Source: Escherichia phage vB_Eco_F31
Sequence record: OP870147.1
Direction: 5' to 3' (one strand)
Length of the DNA stretch: 64,000 bases
The notes under the pieces are model-generated. The model was not told the DNA's origin. It made no database searches and saw only the letters and a program-made list of their open reading frames with translations. Position 1 is the first letter of the stretch. Each line of letters begins with the position of its first letter. The translations under genes were made by a program, and so were the position numbers. Shown piece after piece: positions 56,551-64,000 of the stretch.

Positions 56551-57577
56551 TTCAAGTGTTATCTATCGTGCAATAGTTACATCAAAATTTAGAACAGAAA
56601 AAATGCTGAATTTTTATAATTCAGTTGGGGATGGAGATGATAAGAACTCCATTTATATTACGTTCGGACGTTCAGAGCCTTGGGCGTCAAATGAAAATGA
56701 GGTGGGCTTCGCCCCACCTTATCCTACAGATTCTGTTCTTGGTGTTACTGATATGTGGACCCATATGATGGGTACCGTTAAAGTTTTACCTTCAATGTTA
56801 GATTCTGTTATTCCTAGGCGTGATTGGGGAGATGTGCGATATCCGGACCCTTACACGTTTAGAATTAACGATATAGTCGCGTGTAATACTGCTCCGTACA
56901 ACGCGACAGAAGTTGGAGCTGGTTGGTTAATTTACCGTTGTTTAGACGTCCCTGACGTAGGGCTCTGTTCAATAGAATCTTTAGATAATAAAGATGAATG
57001 TCTTAAATTGGGTGGTAAATGGACTCCGTCTGTTCGTTCTATGTCTCCTCCTGAAGGCAGAGGCGATGCTAATGGGGTTATCGAAACCGGTGATGGATAT
57101 ATTTGGGAATATCTTTATGAGATTCCTGCCGATGTGTCAATTAACCGTTGCACTAATGAATACCTTGTAGTTCCATGGCCGGAAGAAATTAAAGAAGACC
57201 CAACCCGTTGGGGATATGAAAATAACTTAACTTGGCAACAAGATGACTATGGCTTGATTTACCGTGTTAAAGCCAATACGATGCGGTTTAAAGCATATTT
57301 TGATTCGGTTTATTTCCCTGAGGCAGCTTTGCCTGGTAACAAGGGTTTTAGACAGATATCAATTATCGCAAACCCGTTAGAAGCTAAGAAAAATCCAAAT
57401 GACCCTAATGTTAAAGCAGAAAAGGATTATTACGACCCTAGAGACTTGCAACGTCATTCTGGTGAAATGATTTATATGGAAAACCGACCACCTGTTATTA
57501 TGGCAATGGACCAAACAGAAGAAATTAACATTTTGTTTATGTTTTCCCAACCCGTTGGGGATATGAAAATAACTTAA
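56543..57577 (+). CDS. 8: baseplate wedge protein gp8 with aberrant 10-residue C-terminal tail
   Basis: 344 aa; frame runs from duplication copy 1 into copy 2 out of frame, adding SQPVGDMKIT after ...INILFMF. Confidence 0.85.
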   Translation: MNDSSVIYRAIVTSKFRTEKMLNFYNSVGDGDDKNSIYITFGRSEPWASNENEVGFAPPYPTDSVLGVTDMWTHMMGTVKVLPSMLDSVIPRRDWGDVRYPDPYTFRINDIVACNTAPYNATEVGAGWLIYRCLDVPDVGLCSIESLDNKDECLKLGGKWTPSVRSMSPPEGRGDANGVIETGDGYIWEYLYEIPADVSINRCTNEYLVVPWPEEIKEDPTRWGYENNLTWQQDDYGLIYRVKANTMRFKAYFDSVYFPEAALPGNKGFRQISIIANPLEAKKNPNDPNVKAEKDYYDPRDLQRHSGEMIYMENRPPVIMAMDQTEEINILFMFSQPVGDMKIT

Positions 57578-57892
57578 CTTGGCAACAAGATGACTATGGC
57601 TTGATTTACCGTGTTAAAGCCAATACGATGCGGTTTAAAGCATATTTTGATTCGGTTTATTTCCCTGAGGCAGCTTTGCCTGGTAACAAGGGTTTTAGAC
57701 AGATATCAATTATCGCAAACCCGTTAGAAGCTAAGAAAAATCCAAATGACCCTAATGTTAAAGCAGAAAAGGATTATTACGACCCTAGAGACTTGCAACG
57801 TCATTCTGGTGAAATGATTTATATGGAAAACCGACCACCTGTTATTATGGCAATGGACCAAACAGAAGAAATTAACATTTTGTTTATGTTTT
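57199..57892 (+). repeat. perfect tandem direct duplication, 2 x 347 bp
   Basis: 57199..57545 and 57546..57892 are identical on inspection; flanking bases differ so boundaries are exact. Confidence 0.9.
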
Positions 57893-57894
57893 AA
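57601..57894 (+). pseudogene. duplicated 3' fragment of gene 8
   Basis: 97-aa TTG-initiated ORF identical to gp8 residues ~238-334, ending at the original stop. Confidence 0.7.
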
Positions 57895-57897
57895 TTA

Positions 57898-57921
57898 GGG
57901 AGCCTTCGGGCTCCCATTTTT
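57898..57921 (+). terminator. rho-independent terminator after gene 8 region
   Basis: GGGAGCC-TTCG-GGCTCCC followed by ATTTTTG. Confidence 0.75.
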
Positions 57922-57926
57922 GTATC

Positions 57927-57934
57927 TATAAATA
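57927..57934 (+). promoter_or_regulatory. late promoter for gene 9
   Basis: Exact TATAAATA 33 nt upstream of ATG 57967. Confidence 0.65.
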
Positions 57935-57966
57935 GAATATAATATCGGACAACAAAAGGCAGAATT

Positions 57967-58839
57967 ATGGCATTTTTTAAGCAAACTCCTAAACAATTAA
58001 TCGATACCGGCGAAATTGGTAATGCCTCAACAGGTGATATCTTATTCGACGGTGGTAATAAAATAAATGACGATATCAACGCTATTTACAATGCATTTGG
58101 CGATCAACGTAAAATGGCCGTAGCAGATGGAACCGGACCTACAGGTCAAACTATTCATGCCACAGGATATTATCAAAAAGGAAAGGCGGTCGATTATCAA
58201 ACTCCTATTAAACCAGGCACCATGCATGATATTGATGCTTCTGATGGCGGTGTGATTGTTATTATTGACCGTCCTGAATTAGGTGACTCTGTAGAATTCA
58301 TAAACTCTAATGGGTCTATTTCTGTTAACAATCCTTTAAGTATCCAAGTAACCGATGGTTCGATTAAAGGTGTTCTTAATAATCTTGTTATTTCCACCCC
58401 TTATACCCATGTTGTTCTTCGTTGTGTTGAACTTAATGGACCAACTTCAGTATGGAATTATTCTACTGATAGCATGTTTGGGCAGAAAGAATCTCCTGTC
58501 GATGGGACTTGGAGTCTTACAGGAAACACAGTTTCTATTCCTCTGTTTTATCGCACGGATTATAACATGGCTAAATTGCTTGTTACATGCCAATCCGCTG
58601 ACGGTAGAAAAATAAAAACATGCGAAATAAATATTCTAATAGATACAATTAACTCAGAAGTTCTTTCTACCGAATTTGCAGTAATGCGAGTTGGTAATGT
58701 AGATGAAACCGACGAGATTGCTAATATTAGCTTTAGTATTATTAACAACTTTGCTACTATGACGATTACATCCGATATTATTGGATTACGTTCAGCAGTT
58801 AAAATTATCTCAACTCAGAAAATTGGGGTCGCTCAATAA
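57967..58839 (+). CDS. 9: baseplate wedge tail-fibre connector gp9
   Basis: 290 aa; late promoter TATAAATA at 57927. Confidence 0.85.
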   Translation: MAFFKQTPKQLIDTGEIGNASTGDILFDGGNKINDDINAIYNAFGDQRKMAVADGTGPTGQTIHATGYYQKGKAVDYQTPIKPGTMHDIDASDGGVIVIIDRPELGDSVEFINSNGSISVNNPLSIQVTDGSIKGVLNNLVISTPYTHVVLRCVELNGPTSVWNYSTDSMFGQKESPVDGTWSLTGNTVSIPLFYRTDYNMAKLLVTCQSADGRKIKTCEINILIDTINSEVLSTEFAVMRVGNVDETDEIANISFSIINNFATMTITSDIIGLRSAVKIISTQKIGVAQ

Positions 58840-60644
58840 TGAAACAAAATATTAAAATTGGTAACGTCGTTGATGACGGACAAGGCGATTACCTTCGTCG
58901 AGGTGGTGAAAAAATAAATGAGAACTTTGACGAAATCTATTATGAATTAGGTGATGGTGAAGTTCCTTACGCCGCTGGTGCGTGGAAGACTTATGATGCG
59001 GCTGATGGTCTTAATCTTAAGGCCGCTTGGGGTAAATCTTATGCAATTAATACTACTTCTGGACGAGTTTCGGTAAATCTTCCTAAAGGGACAATTGCAG
59101 ACTATAATAAAGTTATTCGTGCTCGTGACGTATTTGCAACTTGGAACATTAACCCTGTTACTTTAATTCCGGCAAACGGAGATACGATTAAAGGTTCTTC
59201 ATCTCCGGTAGAAATTAACGTTCAGTTCTCTGATTTAGAATTAGTTTATTGTGCTCCTGGACGTTGGGAATACATCAAGAACAAACAAATTGATAAAATA
59301 GTTAGCTCTGACATTAGTAATGTTGCTCGTAGAGAATATCTGGTTGAAACCCAAGGTCAGACCGATTTCATGGATGTTTTTAACGGGACCTCTTATAATG
59401 TTAACAACATTCGCGTAAAACATCGTGGCAACGAATTGTACTATGGTGATGTATTCAGTGATAATAGTGATTTTGGTTCTCCAGGCGCTAATCCTGGTGA
59501 ACTGGTTGCACTCGATGGATTTAATATTAGATTACGCCAACCGTGTAATGTTGGGGACACTGTACAAATTGAGACATTCCTAGATGGTGTTTCTCAGTGG
59601 CGTAGTTCATATACTCGTCGCCAAGTTCGCATTTTAGATAGTAAATTGACTGCTAAAAAGTCTATTGACGGAAGTATTTACGTCACTGATTTGAGTACGT
59701 TCCGGTCTATTCCATTTACAGCATTTGGTATTAATCCTACGGAACCACCTAACCCGAATTCGTTAGAAGTTCGCTTCAATGGTATTCTCCAAGAATTAGC
59801 TGGTACTGTTGGAACTCCTATTTTCCGTTGTGAAGGTGTGGATGCTGATTCTGAAGAGTCATGCGCTAATCTCGGTGGGACGTGGACTCAATCGTATACA
59901 GATTATGCGATTGAATATACTGATAATATCCCTAGCGCAATTCTGTTTGACCGTCAATTTGAAGACCAAGACATTATTACCATCACATGGTTTAATAACG
60001 ATTTAGGAACTCTTCTTGAAATGGAAGAAATCCTTGATGTCGCTGATGAGAAATATGTTTCTCAAGGGTCTAACATTGAAATTACTGGTGACGTTGCATT
60101 AACCGATTTCGATAAAATTGGATGGCCTAATGTAGAACCTGTTCCTAAGTATGAACGTGAATTCTCGACTATCTCGGCAATATTTGATACAATTTATCCT
60201 GTCGGGACTATTTACGAAAATGCGGTTAACCCTAATAATCCGGCAACTTATTTAGGTTTTGGTTTGTGGAAAATTTGGGGACAAGGCAAAGTATTAGCAG
60301 GTTGGAATGACGACGCGTCGGATCCTAATTTTGCATTAAATAATAATGACCTTGACGTCAATGGTAACCCTACTCATACCGCAGGTGGTACCGTTGGTGT
60401 AACAACCGTCACATTAGAAAATGCTGATTTACCGGCTACACAAACCGATGAAAAGGTTCTTATTTCTGATGATAATGGTACAGTAATTATAGGCGGTTGC
60501 CAATATGACCCGGATGAAGAAGGTCCTATTTACACTAAATATCGTGAAGACCATGCAAAGACTAACGGATCTCATGTTCCAGCGCGTTCTATAACTAATA
60601 TTCAGCCATCTATAACTGTATACCGTTGGGTAAGGATTGCATAA
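58839..60644 (+). CDS. 10: baseplate wedge / tail pin gp10
   Basis: 601 aa, T4 order and size. Confidence 0.85.
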   Translation: MKQNIKIGNVVDDGQGDYLRRGGEKINENFDEIYYELGDGEVPYAAGAWKTYDAADGLNLKAAWGKSYAINTTSGRVSVNLPKGTIADYNKVIRARDVFATWNINPVTLIPANGDTIKGSSSPVEINVQFSDLELVYCAPGRWEYIKNKQIDKIVSSDISNVARREYLVETQGQTDFMDVFNGTSYNVNNIRVKHRGNELYYGDVFSDNSDFGSPGANPGELVALDGFNIRLRQPCNVGDTVQIETFLDGVSQWRSSYTRRQVRILDSKLTAKKSIDGSIYVTDLSTFRSIPFTAFGINPTEPPNPNSLEVRFNGILQELAGTVGTPIFRCEGVDADSEESCANLGGTWTQSYTDYAIEYTDNIPSAILFDRQFEDQDIITITWFNNDLGTLLEMEEILDVADEKYVSQGSNIEITGDVALTDFDKIGWPNVEPVPKYEREFSTISAIFDTIYPVGTIYENAVNPNNPATYLGFGLWKIWGQGKVLAGWNDDASDPNFALNNNDLDVNGNPTHTAGGTVGVTTVTLENADLPATQTDEKVLISDDNGTVIIGGCQYDPDEEGPIYTKYREDHAKTNGSHVPARSITNIQPSITVYRWVRIA

Positions 60645-61303
60645 TGACTGTACTTAATACAAAGGCGGGAGTTATTTCCCGTCATGCTGATTTTTTGAAT
60701 TACAGAAAAAATCCAGCTCAAATTGATGTTTTAAACAACCAAGCTGTAGGTTCCGTGACTATTTCTCAGTTAGCTCGCGGTTTTTATGATGCTAACGTAG
60801 AATCTGCAATAAATGATGTCCATAATATGGCACGAGCTGATATTGGTACTGTTGTCACAAACACTTCAGGAGTATCGCCTGAAGGTACAGCACAAGTTGA
60901 TTATTGGACTTTTTCTGGTGATGTTCTCGACGATACTTTGGCCCCTGGAACGCCGGTCGTTATTAACGTATTTGGACTTGCTGTTAAAGCAACAATCGGT
61001 ATGACTGATAACGAATTAACGGCACAAGTTCGTATAGCTTTACAAGAAGCCATTGCTAATCAAATCGCTATTTCTTCTTATAAAGACCATCCGTCTGAAG
61101 GTAATAAACTTCAGGTGACATATTTAGATAACCAACGTCATGTGTTGCCAACATATGCTTCGTTTGGTGTAACAATTTCGCAAGAAATTTTGTCTGAAGC
61201 AAAATCCGGATACGGAACATGGAATTTATTGGGTGCCCAAACGGTTACTCTTGATAACCATGATACTCCTACCGTTTTCTACCACTTTGTGAGAGCCTCA
61301 TGA
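60644..61303 (+). CDS. 11: baseplate wedge / tail pin gp11
   Basis: 219 aa from ATG 60644 ([17 protein letters not shown]...), overlapping gene 10 stop. Confidence 0.85.
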   Translation: MTVLNTKAGVISRHADFLNYRKNPAQIDVLNNQAVGSVTISQLARGFYDANVESAINDVHNMARADIGTVVTNTSGVSPEGTAQVDYWTFSGDVLDDTLAPGTPVVINVFGLAVKATIGMTDNELTAQVRIALQEAIANQIAISSYKDHPSEGNKLQVTYLDNQRHVLPTYASFGVTISQEILSEAKSGYGTWNLLGAQTVTLDNHDTPTVFYHFVRAS

Positions 61304-62883
61304 GTAATAACAATACATACCAACACGTTTCAAATGAATCTATTTACGTTGAATTCGACCCTACGGGGTCGAATTTTCCAGACACAGTCACTAATGTCCA
61401 AGCCGCATTAGCTGCCATTTCTCCTTCAGGTGTTAATGGCGTACCGGAAGCAACAACTACTACACCTGGAATTATTCAAATAGCCACTCCACAAGAAGTT
61501 ATTGATGGATTAGATAATAGTAAAGCTGTTACTCCGGCATCACTGAATGCTCGTCTACAATATCCTAATGCAACCGAAACTCAATATGGTTTAACTCGTT
61601 ATGCTACTGAAGATGAAGCAGTAGCCGGAGTAATTGATGCATCGTCAATTACTCCGCTTAAATTGAATCAAAAAATAGACAATGTATTCCAGACAAAAGT
61701 ATCAACAGAAGCAACAAATGGTGTAATTAAAATTTCAACTTCTGCTGCGGCATTAGCTGGTTCTGACGATACAACGGCAATGACCCCGTTAAAAACACAA
61801 CAATTAGCAATTAAACTTATTTCACAAATTGCTCCAAATAATAGTGACGCCACCGAATCTATTACAGGTGTTGTTCGTTTAGCTACAGTTGCACAAGCAC
61901 AACAAGGCACCCTGCGTGAAGGCTATGCAATTTCACCTTATACCTTTATGAATTCAGTAGCATCAGAAACTAATAAAGGTGTCGTTAAACTAGGGACACA
62001 GACTGAAGTAAATAGTAACAACTCTTCAGTTGTAGTGACCGGCGCAACATTAAACGGGCGTGGGGCTACAACTTCTTTACGTGGAGTTGTTCGTTTAACT
62101 ACACAAGCGGGTAGCCAATCAGGTGGTGATGGTTCTTCTGCCCTTGCTTGGAATGCTGATGTTATCCACCAACGAGGTGGTCAAACTATTAATGGCACTC
62201 TTCGCATTAATAATACGTTGACGGTTGGTTCTGGTGGTGCTAATATAACGGGTAATGTCAATATGACCGGTGGTTATATTCAAGGCAATCGTATTGTGAC
62301 TCAAAATGAATTAGACCGAATTCTTCCAGTTGGCGCTATTACAATGTGGGCTGCAGATAGTTTGCCGAGTTCGGACTGGCGTTTCTGTCACGGTGGGACA
62401 GTTTCTGCTTCAGAATGTCCGGTATATGCTTCCAGAATTGGGACACGATATGGTGGTAGTTCTTCTAACCCAGGCTTGCCCGATATGCGTGGATTATTTG
62501 TTCGCGGCTCAGGTCGTGGTAACCATTTAACTAACCCTAATGTTAATGGTAATGACCAATTCGGTAAGCCTCGTCTGGCGGTAGGTTGTACCGGTGGATA
62601 TGTTGGTGAGGTGCAAAAACAACAGATGTCATATCATAAGCATGCTGGCGGTTTTGGTGAACATGACGATGCAGGAGCATTCGGTAATACTCGTCGTTCA
62701 AACTTTGTTGGTACTCGTAAAGGACTTGACTGGGATAACCGTTCGTATTTTACTAACGATGGATATGAAATTGATCCAGCGTCTCAGCGTAACTCTAAAT
62801 ATACCCTGAATCGTCCAGAATTAATTGGAAATGAAACTCGCCCATGGAATATTTCTTTAAACTATATCATTAAGGTAAAATAA
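61300..62883 (+). CDS. 12: short tail fibre gp12
   Basis: 527 aa, same length as T4 gp12; Gly/Thr/Ser-rich repeats. Confidence 0.88.
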   Translation: MSNNNTYQHVSNESIYVEFDPTGSNFPDTVTNVQAALAAISPSGVNGVPEATTTTPGIIQIATPQEVIDGLDNSKAVTPASLNARLQYPNATETQYGLTRYATEDEAVAGVIDASSITPLKLNQKIDNVFQTKVSTEATNGVIKISTSAAALAGSDDTTAMTPLKTQQLAIKLISQIAPNNSDATESITGVVRLATVAQAQQGTLREGYAISPYTFMNSVASETNKGVVKLGTQTEVNSNNSSVVVTGATLNGRGATTSLRGVVRLTTQAGSQSGGDGSSALAWNADVIHQRGGQTINGTLRINNTLTVGSGGANITGNVNMTGGYIQGNRIVTQNELDRILPVGAITMWAADSLPSSDWRFCHGGTVSASECPVYASRIGTRYGGSSSNPGLPDMRGLFVRGSGRGNHLTNPNVNGNDQFGKPRLAVGCTGGYVGEVQKQQMSYHKHAGGFGEHDDAGAFGNTRRSNFVGTRKGLDWDNRSYFTNDGYEIDPASQRNSKYTLNRPELIGNETRPWNISLNYIIKVK

Positions 62884-64000
62884 TGACTGATATAACTCTG
62901 GTAGATTTACCATATGTTGACGGCCCACCAGACGCGGGTCAGAGTCGTATTGAATGGATTAAAAACGATGAAGAAATAACAGGTGCTGACACAAAATACG
63001 GTTCTGAAGGTGTAATGAACCGTCCTATTGTTGAAGTTCAACGTAACGTAGAAGCGTTAGATGTTAATATTAAAACTATAGCATCTTCTTTGAATACGGC
63101 CAATGAAGATATCAAAGCTATTCAAGGTATTTTAGATGTTTCTGGGGATGTTGATGCTCTTGCACAGATAGGCCAGAACACCCAAGATATCGATGTCATT
63201 AAAGTCACAGTTCAAACCCATGCCAGTGAATTGAATGATTTGAATGAACATATTGATGCGAATACTGACGATATTGGTGTTTATAATCAGGAAACAGATT
63301 CAGTTTATAGAACGGTTCGTAACGACCTGCTTTGGATTAAAAATGAATTAGGACAATATACCGGTCAAGATATTAATGGGGTTCCTACTCCAGGAAATGA
63401 TAGCACTGGTATGAAACGCCGTATTATGACTAATAGCTCCGTAATTGTTGACCACGGTGTTCGATTAACTGATTTGGAAACTAAATTTGCTGATTCTGAC
63501 GTCGGCTCTTTAACTGTTGAAGTTGAACACTTGCGCGAAGAAATGGGGCCTCGCACTTCTTTCACTACTCCAGTGTTTAGTCGTCTTTCCGGTATTGATT
63601 TAACTTTGTCGCGTCAAAATGCTGACTTGGATGGCATTAAACAGTCTATTGGGTATCCTAATACGACTTCTATTATTACTACAACTAATGCGAATAGTTC
63701 AGCAATAAACGACATTAATCTTGAGCTCAATCAATCTGGTGGTATTAAACCTCGTTTGACTACAGTAGAAACTGCCATTGGCGCCGATGATTTGCCTACT
63801 ACAATCCAAGGACGTATTAAACTCAATACTGATGCTATCGGAGCATTGAATACTGTTGTCGGCTCTGATTCTTCGTCAGGATTGCGTTTTAATGTGTCAT
63901 GGTTAAATAACGTAGTTGGTGTTGACGCTTCAGGTGGGAAACCGGAACCAGACGGCTCTTTGCTTTATCGTACTCGAGAGCTTGAAGGAACTATCGGTGG
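62883..64000 (+). CDS. wac: fibritin (whisker) Wac, N-terminal ~372 codons (runs off window end)
   Basis: ATG 62883 overlaps gene 12 stop; [43 protein letters not shown]... as T4 fibritin. Confidence 0.88.
   Translation, partial: MTDITLVDLPYVDGPPDAGQSRIEWIKNDEEITGADTKYGSEGVMNRPIVEVQRNVEALDVNIKTIASSLNTANEDIKAIQGILDVSGDVDALAQIGQNTQDIDVIKVTVQTHASELNDLNEHIDANTDDIGVYNQETDSVYRTVRNDLLWIKNELGQYTGQDINGVPTPGNDSTGMKRRIMTNSSVIVDHGVRLTDLETKFADSDVGSLTVEVEHLREEMGPRTSFTTPVFSRLSGIDLTLSRQNADLDGIKQSIGYPNTTSIITTTNANSSAINDINLELNQSGGIKPRLTTVETAIGADDLPTTIQGRIKLNTDAIGALNTVVGSDSSSGLRFNVSWLNNVVGVDASGGKPEPDGSLLYRTRELEGTIG

Overview
This window is a 64-kb segment of a T4-type (Tevenvirinae) myovirus genome; from memory the gp43 N-terminus (MKEFYLTVEQIGDSIFERYIDSNGRERTREVEY...) is closest to the RB69 lineage. 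Positions 1-48288 hold about 105 leftward (minus-strand) early/middle genes in T4 order: gene 43 N-terminal part, regA, 62, 44, 45, rpbA, 46, 47, 55, nrdH/nrdG/nrdD, 49, nrdC, rI, tk, regB, denV, e, nudE, two tRNAs, 57B/57A, 1, 3, 2, 4, with many small hypothetical ORFs between them. Positions 48350-64000 hold the rightward late baseplate/tail-fibre module (53, 5, 5.1, 5.4, 6, 7, 8, 9, 10, 11, 12, wac partial). The most unusual observations are a perfect 347-bp tandem duplication over the 3' end of gene 8, and a grcA-like glycyl-radical cofactor gene that is split by a frameshift and has a host-like C-terminal half. Other structure not explained by the genes: about 20 promoter/stem-loop cassettes reused between genes, several small protein families sharing N- or C-terminal modules, and an ORF-free tRNA-like RNA locus. 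Gene calls use the supplied ORF track, with starts moved to the first ATG/GTG that has a Shine-Dalgarno sequence where the track start looked like translated 5'UTR. Hand-called motif coordinates may be off by 1-2 nt. No database search was run; all homology statements are from memory or from motifs visible in the translations.
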